Positions 31,781-41,382 of a stretch of 64,000 bases of DNA are shown here, piece by piece. Source of the stretch: an uncultured Chloroflexia bacterium. Its GTDB lineage: Bacteria; Chloroflexota; Limnocylindria; Limnocylindrales; CSP1-4. Position numbers and translations under genes: made by a program. The DNA lies in contig CAWCIK010000009.1 of NCBI GenBank assembly GCA_963795645.1, forward strand, positions 50,125 through 114,124, written 5' to 3'. Position 1 is the first letter of the stretch. Every line of letters begins with the position of its first letter. The notes under the pieces are model-generated. The model made no database searches. It worked only from the letters and a program-made list of their open reading frames with translations, and was not told where the DNA came from.

Positions 31781-34700
31781 ATGATCTTTCGGATCCTTGG
31801 TTCGCTCGAAGCAGCTGCCGACGGGGCGAGCGTGGAGCTGGGTCCGCCAAAACAGCGCGCGCTCCTTGCCGTCCTGTTGCTGCACATTGGCGAGATCGTC
31901 TCGATTGACCGATTGATAGATGCGCTGTGGCCGGTCGATCCGCCGCGCACCGCGGGTCATTCGATCCAGATCTATGTCTCCGAGCTACGCAAGGCGCTGT
32001 CACCGTTCGCCTCGGGCGAGCTGATCGCCACCCGCCAGCCGGGCTATGTACTGCAGGCGCCATCCGAATCCGTCGACGCGAACGAGTTCGAGCGCCTGGT
32101 CGCCGAGGGCTTGCGCCTTCTGCGAGATGGCGAGCGCAGCTCCGGCACCACCGTGCTGCGCGAGGCACTGGCCCTGTGGCGTGGTCCCGCGCTGTCCGAC
32201 TTTGCCTACGAGGAGTTCGCCCAGCCCTACATCCAGGGCCTGAACGATCGCCACCTCGACGCCCTCGAGGAGCTTGGCGCAGCCCAGCTCGCGGCAGGAT
32301 TGAACGCCGAAGCGATCGCAATCGCACAGGCGGCGATACAGGATGACCCCCTGCGCGAGCGGTCGCGCGAGACGCTGATGATCGCGCTATACCGATTGGG
32401 GCGCCTTGCGGAGGCGCTGCGCACCTACGAACGTTTCCGCGAGCTCGTGGCCGATGATCTTGGGCTGGAACCGTCGCCCGGCATGCATCGGCTCCAGGAA
32501 CAGATCCTGTTGCACGACGCGTCCCTTCTGTTGCCCGTTGACGACGCGTCGGTGGTGATGACTCCCGCTGCCAACCCGTACAAGGGGCTGCGCGCATTCA
32601 CGGAGCAGGACGCGGCCGACTTCTTCGGGCGGGATGCGCTCGTCGCAGGCCTTCTCGAAGAGCTGTCGTCCAACAAACGACTGATAGCCCTGATAGGCCC
32701 TTCCGGCTCGGGCAAGTCCAGCGTCGTAGCCGCCGGGTTGATACCACGGCTACGGGCGGTTGCCGTCCCGGGTCAGGCTGCCTGGCGGGTGATCTCGCTT
32801 GTTCCGGCGCCCTCAGGTCTCGACGAACTTGAGTCGGCCCTGAAGGGCTCTCAACGTGGCGCTTCAGACCGGGACGCCGGACGCCGAACGTTGCTGGTCA
32901 TCGATCAATTCGAGGATCTCTTCTCGGCCTTCGACGACGGCGCGCGAACCCGCTTCCTGAATGTGCTCTGCAGGGGCATCCGCAACGCGGGCGAGGAACT
33001 GGTCGTCCTCCTGACCCTGCGCGCCGACTTCTACGACCGACCGCTGCTCGACGCGGAGTTCGCCGAAATCTTCATCCCGGGTGTCATGAACGTGTTGCCG
33101 ATGACAACCGACGAGCTCCGGTCGGCAATCATCGGACCTGCGCGCCGCGCCGGCGTCGTCGTCGAGCCCGAGCTACTTGCCGAGCTGGTCGCCGCCACAG
33201 TGGCCCAGCCGGGTGGGTTGCCCCTGCTCCAGTTCGCGCTCAGCGAGCTGTTCGATCGGAGCGACGGTGCGGCTCTGCGGCTCGCCGATTACCGCCAGCT
33301 GGGCTCGCTGCGCGGGATCCTCTCGCAACGGGCAGAGGCGCTCTACGCCAGTCTCAGTGGCTCCGGCCAGGAGGTGGCGAGGCAGATGTTCCTGCGCCTG
33401 TCGCGGCTCGGAGCGGGATCCATCGCATCGCGTCGCAGGACGCCGCTCACGGAGCTGACTGATCTGGGCCTCGACCCTGTCGCTCTGTCGGACGTGCTCG
33501 ACACGTTCGGCCGCCACAGGCTGCTTGCGTTCGACCGCGACTCCGTCAGCGGCGAAGCGATTGTCGAGGTTGCGCACGAGGCACTGCTTCGAGAATGGGA
33601 ACGTCTGGCCGGCTGGCTCGACCGCCATAGATCCGCCCTCCGCCGGCACGAGGCTTTGAGCGCGGCCGTGGACGAGTGGGAGGCGGCCGGTCGTGCGGAC
33701 GACTATCTCCTGGCCGGATCGCGCCTGGACGACTTCGAGGCGACGATCCGCGAGGGAGCCGTGCGTCTGACCGGTCGCGAGAACGCATTTCTCGATGCGA
33801 GTCTCGCCCGCCGGCAGGCACACCGGGAAGCGGAAGCGGCGCGGCTGGATGTCAACCAGCGTCTCGAACGGCGGGCGAGGTCGCGCTTGGTCGCGCTTGG
33901 CATCGCCGTCCTCGCTTTGATGCTCGTCAGTGGCTATGTCGCCATCGGGTTGGCCCATGCGGCGCGCGCCCCGGTCGCACTGCTCTACAACGGCAACGGC
34001 GTCTTCAGCGCCGCGCGGATGGTGGAGCGTGGTTTCGACGGCGGGGTGACCGAATTCGGTCTGAGTCCGCGCAAGCTGTCAGTCGGCGACCGCATAGCCG
34101 CCAACGCAGCGCTGAGAAGAGTTTCCGAGGATGGCGCGGGGCTCGTCGTCGTCGGCGCGGTCGACGCCGACGTCGATACGACGGCAATGGCGTTCCCGAG
34201 TACGCGTTACGCCGTGCTTGACTTGCCCGCCTCACAGCCCAACGTCATCCAACTGATCTTCGCCGACAACCAGAGCTCCTTCCTCGCCGGGGTGGCCGCA
34301 GCACGAACGAGCCGGACGGGCACCATAGGATTCATCGGCGGCATGGACGGCCCAGTCATCTGGCCCTTCGAGGCGGGCTACGAGGCCGGGGCACGTGCCG
34401 TGGCTCCGGACATCAAGATCCTGTCCGCTTATCTGTCGCCGTTTGGCAACTATGACGGGTACGTGGATCCCGATGGCGCGCAGGTCGAGGCGACAGCCCA
34501 GTACCAAGCCGGAGCCGACGTTATCTTCGCGGCTGCCGGCGATTCCGGCACCGGCGTCTTCAAGGCGGCGACGACGCTGTCGGTCGAACACGCGACGCAG
34601 CTTTGGGCCATAGGCGTGGACTCGGATCAATACGAGACGGTCGGTGACGACCCTGCCAATGTCGAATGGCGAGCCTGGCAGCCACACATCCTGACGAGCG

Positions 34701-34966
34701 TGCTCAAGCGCATGGACACCGCAGTCCACGATCTTCTGGCCGAGTACGCGAACAACAGTCTGACATCAGCCAGCCGCACTCTCGGGCTCGCCGCCAATGG
34801 TGTAGACATCTCGACGAGCGGCGGGTTCCTGGATGGACTTCAACCAGAGATAGATGCGTGGCGAGCGAAGATCGTGGGCGGCTCAGTTTCCGTGCCGTGC
34901 ATCCCGACCGGCAGGGAGCAGCAGGCGCTAGCCCTGGGAATCCAGCCGCCGGGTTGCGGCCACTGA
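31781..34966 (+). CDS. SARP/BTAD transcriptional regulator fused to a STAND NTPase, a TM helix and a BMP-family substrate-binding domain
   Basis: FRILGSLE..KQRALLAVLLL, ALALWRGPAL, PLRER; GPSGSGKSS, LLVIDQFEDLF, LRADFY, LPLLQFAL, EVAHEALL; TM; SFLAGVAAA..IGFIGG..ADVIFAAAG..AIGVDSDQ..ILTSVLKR. Confidence 0.92.
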   Translation: MIFRILGSLEAAADGASVELGPPKQRALLAVLLLHIGEIVSIDRLIDALWPVDPPRTAGHSIQIYVSELRKALSPFASGELIATRQPGYVLQAPSESVDANEFERLVAEGLRLLRDGERSSGTTVLREALALWRGPALSDFAYEEFAQPYIQGLNDRHLDALEELGAAQLAAGLNAEAIAIAQAAIQDDPLRERSRETLMIALYRLGRLAEALRTYERFRELVADDLGLEPSPGMHRLQEQILLHDASLLLPVDDASVVMTPAANPYKGLRAFTEQDAADFFGRDALVAGLLEELSSNKRLIALIGPSGSGKSSVVAAGLIPRLRAVAVPGQAAWRVISLVPAPSGLDELESALKGSQRGASDRDAGRRTLLVIDQFEDLFSAFDDGARTRFLNVLCRGIRNAGEELVVLLTLRADFYDRPLLDAEFAEIFIPGVMNVLPMTTDELRSAIIGPARRAGVVVEPELLAELVAATVAQPGGLPLLQFALSELFDRSDGAALRLADYRQLGSLRGILSQRAEALYASLSGSGQEVARQMFLRLSRLGAGSIASRRRTPLTELTDLGLDPVALSDVLDTFGRHRLLAFDRDSVSGEAIVEVAHEALLREWERLAGWLDRHRSALRRHEALSAAVDEWEAAGRADDYLLAGSRLDDFEATIREGAVRLTGRENAFLDASLARRQAHREAEAARLDVNQRLERRARSRLVALGIAVLALMLVSGYVAIGLAHAARAPVALLYNGNGVFSAARMVERGFDGGVTEFGLSPRKLSVGDRIAANAALRRVSEDGAGLVVVGAVDADVDTTAMAFPSTRYAVLDLPASQPNVIQLIFADNQSSFLAGVAAARTSRTGTIGFIGGMDGPVIWPFEAGYEAGARAVAPDIKILSAYLSPFGNYDGYVDPDGAQVEATAQYQAGADVIFAAAGDSGTGVFKAATTLSVEHATQLWAIGVDSDQYETVGDDPANVEWRAWQPHILTSVLKRMDTAVHDLLAEYANNSLTSASRTLGLAANGVDISTSGGFLDGLQPEIDAWRAKIVGGSVSVPCIPTGREQQALALGIQPPGCGH

Positions 34967-34976
34967 CGGGCGGCGG

Positions 34977-35732
34977 TCAGGGGCGCTGGCGTGCCTCCTG
35001 GTCCCGGCGGACTTCCTGAACGGCCGCGCCAATGCCATCTGACCAGGCTGGACCGTGACCGGGCAGCACGTACTGGGCGTCCAGGTTTTCGAGCCTGGAC
35101 AGTGACGCGACGGCCTCCTTGGCGTCAGCCGTGAATGGCGCGACCTGCGGCCCTTTTGCGCCATCAGTCACGCCATAAGTGGCCAGTGCATCGCCCACGA
35201 GAAGTGTCCGATCCTGGGCGAAAAGGAGCGCTGCACTGCCCGGCGTGTGACCCGGAACGAGGATGACGCGCGGTGCGCCGGGCACGTCGAGCGTGGCGCC
35301 GTCACCGAACGTCGAGACGGCGCCCAGATGCAGCTGGCGCAGTCCGCCGCGTCGTGCGGTGTAGACCAAAAATCCAAGCAAAGGCCTGATGTGGATCGGC
35401 CCCATTCCACGCGAAGGGTTGGGGACCTCACCGCGAGCCAGCGCGGCATCCAGCTCATGGATCCACACTGGCCACTGTCGCTCGCGCCGGGCTCGCTCAG
35501 CAAAGCCAATGTGGTCCGAGTGGCCGTGTGTGAGCACGATCGCGCGAACATCGTCGAGCGTCTTGCCCATCTCCGCTAGCGCAGGCGGGATCAGCTTCCA
35601 ATAGCCCGGAACTCCGGCATCCACGATCGTCACGCCGCCTGTTTCGGAGATCAGGTAGCTGTTGACGATGCTGTCGCCAAGGCTTCGGATGTGACTCGAA
35701 TCGAGAAAATCCATTAGAATATTCAAACCCAT
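34977..35732 (-). CDS. Metallo-beta-lactamase-fold hydrolase
   Basis: THGHSDHIG, PGHTPG, GDA, PGHG. Confidence 0.9.
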   Translation of the reverse strand: MGLNILMDFLDSSHIRSLGDSIVNSYLISETGGVTIVDAGVPGYWKLIPPALAEMGKTLDDVRAIVLTHGHSDHIGFAERARRERQWPVWIHELDAALARGEVPNPSRGMGPIHIRPLLGFLVYTARRGGLRQLHLGAVSTFGDGATLDVPGAPRVILVPGHTPGSAALLFAQDRTLLVGDALATYGVTDGAKGPQVAPFTADAKEAVASLSRLENLDAQYVLPGHGPAWSDGIGAAVQEVRRDQEARQRP

Positions 35733-35871
35733 TCCGAGGGAGTTTGGTCGTCACGTCATCAGCCCAGCGAGCGACGCGACCCTGGTTTCACATTGGCCAC
35801 GGCAGTTTACGCATTGCGGGCGAAGACTTGGCGACCTGCTTGAGGTCCGTACCACGAGAGGTCGATAACGA

Positions 35872-36072
35872 GTGACAACGTCAAGCTCTTCTGTCTGGCG
35901 CCGCTCCGTTCCAAAGGATGCGCCGCCCGAGCCGTTCAAGCACCTGATCGATCGCTATCAGCATCGCGAACAGCTCGTCACGTGCACGTGCGGCTGGCAG
36001 GGAAGCAGCTTGGATTCGGCGGCTGACGGCTGGAAGGCTCACCTTCTTGAGGTCAGGGGCCCGTCCCGCTAG
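35872..36072 (+). CDS. Small putative zinc-binding protein
   Basis: H...VTCTCGW...WKAHL pattern in a 66-aa ORF with GAGAGG upstream. Confidence 0.5.
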   Translation: MTTSSSSVWRRSVPKDAPPEPFKHLIDRYQHREQLVTCTCGWQGSSLDSAADGWKAHLLEVRGPSR

Positions 36073-36305
36073 AGCAGCAACCAAAGACACGTCGGTGCGC
36101 CGGTCCGCATTCGCGGACCGGCGCATTTTCGTGTTCGAAGCGGCGCCCGATGGACTCAGAGTCGCGCCAGATTGGGACGTTGTGGGGACCGTTTGGCCCA
36201 ACCAACGTGACGAGTGGCCCTCAAAGCCACTTATCCGTATCAGTCAGGCTCGTGATGTTGCGATCGGCGCTGAGGCCGAGGTACAAATCAAGGAGGTAAG
36301 TCCTC

Positions 36306-37095
36306 GTGAACTGGCTGCGGTGGGTGATCTGGGTCTCGGGCGTGCTGGCGGTGCGTCAGCATCGTTGCTCTGGTGTGGAGCGCGATCGACCTGACCGGCG
36401 ACGTTCGGACCGCCGTCACCTGGATCTTCTGGATCTCGTTCATCGTGCTCGTCGTTGCGCTGTATATCCGCTACCGGAACGAGCCGGGCTCTGACGACGT
36501 CGAAGTCGATGGTCCGCCCTTTGCCCGTTTCCTCTTCAGCAACCGCTACGCGGGTTTGGTGTGGCTGCCGATCCGCGTCTTCCTGGGCTTTGCGTGGCTG
36601 GAAGCCGGCCTGCACAAGCTGACCGGCACCGGTTGGGTGGACGGCGGTTCAGCACTGCTTGGCTACTGGAACAATGCGGTGGCCATTCCTGAGGCAGGCT
36701 CGGGCGGCCATGCTGCGATCACCTACGACTGGTATCGCGACTTCATCCAGATGCTCATCAACAACAACGCTCAGGGCTGGTTCGCAACCCTCGTCACCTT
36801 CGGCGAGATCGCAGTCGGCTTGGCCCTGATCTTCGGTGTGCTGACCGGCATCGCTGCCTTCTTCGGGGCGCTGATGAACGTCTCCTACCTGCTGGCGGGC
36901 TCGACATCTTCGAACCCGGTGCTCTTCACATTCGCAATCGGACTGATGCTCGCCTGGCGCGTCGCCGGCTACTACGGCCTCGACCGTTTCCTGCTCCCCA
37001 TGCTCGGCACCCCGTGGCGAGTCGGCTCCCTGTTCCACAGGGGTGAATCGACCGACGCTCCGCCGGCTGCACCTCCGGCTGCCCCTCCGGCATGA
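36306..37095 (+). CDS. DoxX/DoxD (TQO small subunit-like) membrane protein (frameshift near 36353)
   Basis: AAGGAGG SD and GTG 36306; WLPIRVFLGFAWLEAGLHKL, GEIAVGLALIFG, AGYYGLDRFL. Confidence 0.85.
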
Positions 37096-37123
37096 GCTGA
37101 GCCGGCAAGAGCCGAACTACTTC

Positions 37124-37156
37124 AAGCGGCGGAGGCCCCAGACTCCGCCGCTTTCT
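37124..37156. terminator. Hairpin terminator between convergent genes
   Basis: AAGCGGCGGAG / CTCCGCCGCTT stem. Confidence 0.75.
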
Positions 37157-37174
37157 GTTGCCGGAACGTGATGC

Positions 37175-38533
37175 TCACGCAACCGCTGGGACGCCAAGTT
37201 CTGCCCCCGTTTCTGGCTGAGGCGAAGCAGCCGGCTCACCTGCGTCGCGCCAGGCGACGACGCGCAGCACTGTCGAACCCACGTACAGGAACGCGAAGCA
37301 CGGATAGCCGAACGGTCCTGCGACGGCAATCACGCCCGCGCTCATGAATTGGGCAGCCGTCATGGCACCCGACGTCTGGAACAGGTAGCGGGCGTGATGG
37401 CGGGCTACCGCCGGGCCGCGTATGAGGCGGAAGAGGTTCTCATTGGCGGCCAACGAGCCCGATGCGAAGCCGATTGCTCCGAGCATTGACGAGGCAACCA
37501 GGAAGACGGGCGCAAATCCCGCACCGGGCAGGGCCAGGAGTGGTGCCGTCATCGCCACCGCGCGGATGCCGAATGAATGGCGCAGCATCCTCATCGACGA
37601 GCCGCTCGCGAGGCGCGCGCCTGCCACGGCCGCCGCGAAGACCATCGTCAGCGTGCCGATCGACGAGATCATCATCGTCGACCCGGAGCTCAGGCCGACG
37701 ACCGCGATCGCGAATACTGATAGTGATGGTGCGAAGCCCATGCCGAAGGCGTTTGTCGCGCTGACCTTGAGGAAGCGCTTCAGCTCGGGGGTGGGCAGGG
37801 CGTCGGCCGACTCGGCCTCCGGCGGGACGATGAATCGGCCGGGGTGGCGCAGCCGCCGGACGACCCGGATCTCGACCAGGCCGAGCACGCCTGACACCAT
37901 GAAGGGCAGCGCGAACGCGAGCGGTCCGAAATGGCGGTACAGCGTGTCGAGCAGGGCCGCAATGGGCAGCAAAAGCAGTGCGCCCATTGCCAGCGAGACG
38001 GCCAACAATCGAGGTACGACCAGCCGACGGTCCTGCTCAGGGAGGACAGCCGAGTGCCACGACAACAGGTTGGCGCCGACGATCGAGGTGACAAAGGTGG
38101 TCACGGCGAGGATCAAGGCGAGCAGCACGACCGCCGCAGCTCCACCGACGACGCCCAGTGTGACGAGCGCGGCGAGCCCTGAGAGGTACAGCCCGCGAGG
38201 CTCCGAGATGGCAGCAAAGAGAAGGGTCAGCCCGCGCAGGTTTCCATCCGTCCGATCAAGCAGCCGGGGCATGACCAGCTGGCCCATTCCGCCGGCCAGC
38301 GGCAGCACGCCGAGCAGGACGGCGATGAACGGAGGGCAGCCGATCGCGAGCGCGAAGGGGATGACCACGTCGAAACCGGCGAGCACGGCAACGACGCCCT
38401 GCGTCAGTGCGAGGCGCGTGATATGTCCGAAATCTTGGCGCGCCGAAGCTGCGCCAGTCGTCGATGGTGCTTGCCGCGAGCAAGGTCCGCGCTCCGAAAT
38501 GCAGAGTCCGCGGAGTCGGCCGATTCGGCGCAT
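37175..38533 (-). CDS. MFS-like multi-TM transporter (start uncertain)
   Basis: About 12 hydrophobic segments in two halves separated by a polar loop. Confidence 0.72.
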   Translation of the reverse strand: MRRIGRLRGLCISERGPCSRQAPSTTGAASARQDFGHITRLALTQGVVAVLAGFDVVIPFALAIGCPPFIAVLLGVLPLAGGMGQLVMPRLLDRTDGNLRGLTLLFAAISEPRGLYLSGLAALVTLGVVGGAAAVVLLALILAVTTFVTSIVGANLLSWHSAVLPEQDRRLVVPRLLAVSLAMGALLLLPIAALLDTLYRHFGPLAFALPFMVSGVLGLVEIRVVRRLRHPGRFIVPPEAESADALPTPELKRFLKVSATNAFGMGFAPSLSVFAIAVVGLSSGSTMMISSIGTLTMVFAAAVAGARLASGSSMRMLRHSFGIRAVAMTAPLLALPGAGFAPVFLVASSMLGAIGFASGSLAANENLFRLIRGPAVARHHARYLFQTSGAMTAAQFMSAGVIAVAGPFGYPCFAFLYVGSTVLRVVAWRDAGEPAASPQPETGAELGVPAVA

Positions 38534-38722
38534 TCGGCCGTCGAACCCTCTTCTCGCCGGTCCGTCCCCTCGTGGAGGACGCCGCCTGGAGCGCAGGTTG
38601 ACTACAGCGCTCGCGAGACCCCTGTGGTGCGCCAAGGATAGCCGAGCCGCATTCGCGCCGCTGCCCGCCGATCGTACCGGCGCGATAAGTGATCGCTAAG
38701 TCCTCTTCACCATCATCTGGTC

Positions 38723-39470
38723 ATGGACGGGATCCGACTGGGCGCGATTTGCCGAGCGCTGCGGATCAAGAAACGCTGGCGCCAAGCGGACCTTGCCTTG
38801 CGCGCCGGGGTATCACGGAGCGTGGTCTCTGACATAGAAACCGGCCGGATCAACCGAATGCGTGTCGACGATGTTGTCCATGTCATTGCTGCGCTCGGCG
38901 GCCATATCGATTTCGTCGTCCGCTGGCAGGGCGGCGAGCTCGATCGACTCCTGAACGCGCGTCATGCGGCTCTGCACGAATCGGTGGCGCGTGCGTTCTC
39001 CCGATCGTTGGAGGCTGGACAGATCGCACCTGAGGTGTCGTTCAACGTTCGCGGCGAACGCGGGGTCATCGACATCCTGGCCTGGCACGGCACGCCTCCG
39101 AACACTGCTGGTTATCGAGCTCAAGACGGACATCGTCGACATCAACGAGCTCATGGGCACGCTCGACCGGAAGACGCGTCTCGCTCCGGTCATCGCAAGG
39201 GAGCGCGGCTGGAGCCCGGTCACAGTTGGCTGTCTGGCTGATCGTCGCCGACTCCAGCATGAACAGACGCCGAGTGCATTCACACGCAACAACTCTGAGA
39301 GCGGCCCTGCCGGGTGATGGTCGATCAGTCGAGTCGTGGCTGCGGCGACCCAGCGGGGCGCTGCGCTGCCTTTCCTTCTGGGCCAATGCCGCAGCGCGCG
39401 GCACAAACATCGGCCTGGCCACGGTGAAGCGGGTTCGACGGCCGGCGACCAGGACGACCAGGAGCGTGAC
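38723..39470 (+). CDS. XRE-type HTH fused to a PD-(D/E)xK nuclease-like domain (frameshifts; 3' end approximate)
   Basis: WRQADLALRAGVSRSVVSDIETG; ERGVIDILAWH...LLVIELKT; pieces in three frames. Confidence 0.72.
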
Positions 39471-39620
39471 GTCGGGCCGGTCGCGCGCCGACGGAGGGCT
39501 GGCAGGCGTGATAGTGCTGTTTCGGGGCGGCATTGGCGCAGCTACGGGCGAGCTCTGGCAGGGGAGCAGCAGATCCGGCTGCGGAGCGGCACGCAGGGTA
39601 GCTGGCATATGCTGCCGAGC

Positions 39621-39818
39621 ATGTGCCGCAGCATCATTACTCTCCGCCGTCCCGATCAGTCCCCGACCGACGAGGAGGTGCGCGCAGCCGCTCTCCAGTT
39701 CGTGCGCAAGATCAGTGGCTATCGCGTCCCTTCGAAGAAGAACGAGGATGCGTTCAACGCCGCCGTCGAGGAGATCGCGCATGCGTCGCGCCACCTGCTC
39801 GACGCTGTCGGAGCGTGA
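39621..39818 (+). CDS. DUF2277 family protein
   Basis: MCRSIITLR...TDEEVRAAALQFVRKISG..PSKKNEDAF. Confidence 0.88.
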   Translation: MCRSIITLRRPDQSPTDEEVRAAALQFVRKISGYRVPSKKNEDAFNAAVEEIAHASRHLLDAVGA

Positions 39819-39853
39819 TCTGCGCGCCACCGCAGCGGCCGCGCACGCCTCGT

Positions 39854-39882
39854 TTGACAGAGCGCCGGCAGGGCCGTACCAT
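39854..39882 (+). promoter_or_regulatory. Sigma70-type promoter
   Basis: TTGACA (39854-39859), 17 nt spacer, TACCAT (39877-39882). Confidence 0.8.
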
Positions 39883-39933
39883 CCGGCATCGCGCTCACCG
39901 CGCCAAGCACACATCAGGAGCAGTCCAGCACAG

Positions 39934-40035
39934 ATGATGATGAACCACCTCGCCAGCACCGCAGCAACCCGGCTGCGTTTCGTCGCGCCTCTCGGCGCGC
40001 CGGAGTGCGGGAGATCTGTGCCCTTTTTGACCTGA
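39934..40035 (+). CDS. Putative attenuator leader peptide (33 aa) containing RLRF
   Basis: AGGAG 39916-39920; MMMNHLASTAATRLRFVAPLGAPECGRSVPFLT*; lies between the promoter and the terminator. Confidence 0.55.
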   Translation: MMMNHLASTAATRLRFVAPLGAPECGRSVPFLT

Positions 40036-40060
40036 CGCAAGCGGACGCCGCAGCGGAAGG

Positions 40061-40094
40061 AGCCGGAGGGCCAGATTGGGCCCCCGGCTTTTTT
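40061..40094 (+). terminator. Intrinsic terminator within the 5' leader of the ABC operon (attenuator)
   Basis: AGCCGG(A)GGGCC / GGCCCCCGGCT stem followed by T6, about 100 nt before the ABC ATPase start. Confidence 0.82.
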
Positions 40095-40197
40095 GATGCC
40101 CTTCGCCGCGGCGAGGTCATCAACGAAGCTCCCACCCGCGACCCGAACTCGGGGGCCCTGTCGATTGGAGCCAAGCCAATGAAGCAGGAGCACCGAA

Positions 40198-41109
40198 ATG
40201 GCCGTCACGCTCGATCGGCCGGCCGCGCCGGCGCCGGCCGATGAACAAGCCCGCGTGAACTCGCACATCACGCCCGAGCCGGTTGCGCCGCACGCGGTGA
40301 GCGAAGCGGAAATACCGGCACTGGTCATCGACCACGTGACCAAGCGGTTCGTCGTGGGACGGAAGAAGAAGCCCGTCGTGGCGATCGACGACGTCTCGTT
40401 GCGCATCAAGCGCGGAGAGATATACGGCGTCCTCGGCGCGAACGGAAGCGGCAAGTCGACGCTCATTCGCCTGGTCAGCACGCTGCTGACCATCGATACG
40501 GGCAAGGTCGAGGTCTTCGGTCTCGACATCACCCGCCATGAGATGAAAGTCAAGCGGATGATCAATCGCGTCAGCGTCGACGCGGCGTTCTTCAAGAAGC
40601 TCTCGCCTGCCGAGAACCTCTCGTACGCCGCTCGTCTGTACGGCGTGGATGCCAAGTGGGCGGCCCAGGAGTCGGTCCGGATCATGGCCCGACTCGGCGT
40701 CAAGAAGTCGCGTCTCAGCCGTCCCGTGGAGCAGATGAGCCGGGGAATGCAGCAGAAGGTCGCCATCGCGCGAGCGCTGCTGACGAGTCCGACGCTGCTC
40801 CTTCTGGATGAGCCGACAACCGGTCTGGATCCGCGCTCGAAGCTCGAAGTCCAGTCGTTCATCGAGGAGGTCATGGCCACCCATGACGCCACGATCGTGC
40901 TGACCACACACGACATGGAAGAAGCCAACCGGCTGTGCCACCGCCTGGCGATCCTGGCCGACGGAAGGATCGTCATGGAGGGCACACCGGCCGAGCTACG
41001 GGAGCTGACCAGCACACCCGGCCAGGAGGCCACGCTGCATGACGTGTTCATGCGCTACACGGGTCGCTCGCTCGACGACGACGTCGAGGACGACGACCAG
41101 GACGAATAG
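40198..41109 (+). CDS. ABC exporter ATP-binding protein (DrrA/ABC-2 type)
   Basis: GANGSGKST, MSRGMQQK, LLLDEPTTGLDP, LTTHDMEEA. Confidence 0.93.
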   Translation: MAVTLDRPAAPAPADEQARVNSHITPEPVAPHAVSEAEIPALVIDHVTKRFVVGRKKKPVVAIDDVSLRIKRGEIYGVLGANGSGKSTLIRLVSTLLTIDTGKVEVFGLDITRHEMKVKRMINRVSVDAAFFKKLSPAENLSYAARLYGVDAKWAAQESVRIMARLGVKKSRLSRPVEQMSRGMQQKVAIARALLTSPTLLLLDEPTTGLDPRSKLEVQSFIEEVMATHDATIVLTTHDMEEANRLCHRLAILADGRIVMEGTPAELRELTSTPGQEATLHDVFMRYTGRSLDDDVEDDDQDE

Positions 41110-41133
41110 CAATTCGAAAGAGAGGAACCCAAA

Positions 41134-41343
41134 TTGTTGAGCTACGACCACCACCTCGAGATGGAACGCCGCCGTCGCAGCATCGCTCGACGAGGCGTCC
41201 CCCGTGGTTCGTCCGTTCCGGCTCGCCTTCGGGCGCGCCGCGGATCGAGCCGCGGCGTCAGCCGGGCTGTCGGCCGGCTGATGATCGATTTCGGCAGCCG
41301 TCTTGCTGCTGACCCCGTCAGTGAAAGGGCTCGCTCCCGTTAG
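41134..41343 (+). CDS. Small Arg-rich hypothetical protein inside the ABC operon
   Basis: GAGGA upstream, TTG start, fills the gap between ATPase and permease; C-terminal RAVGRLMIDFGSRLA amphipathic helix. Confidence 0.5.
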   Translation: MLSYDHHLEMERRRRSIARRGVPRGSSVPARLRARRGSSRGVSRAVGRLMIDFGSRLAADPVSERARSR

Positions 41344-41382
41344 GGAGCGAGCCCGAAACCTCACCTTAGTCGGAGACCTGAC

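Noticed and set aside
39066-41051. Long antisense or alternative-frame ORFs (for example 661 aa here, 586 aa at 48738, 573 aa at 61296, 549 aa at 62071)
   Set aside because: Shadows of real genes in high-GC DNA; Arg/Ala/Ser-rich with no motifs.
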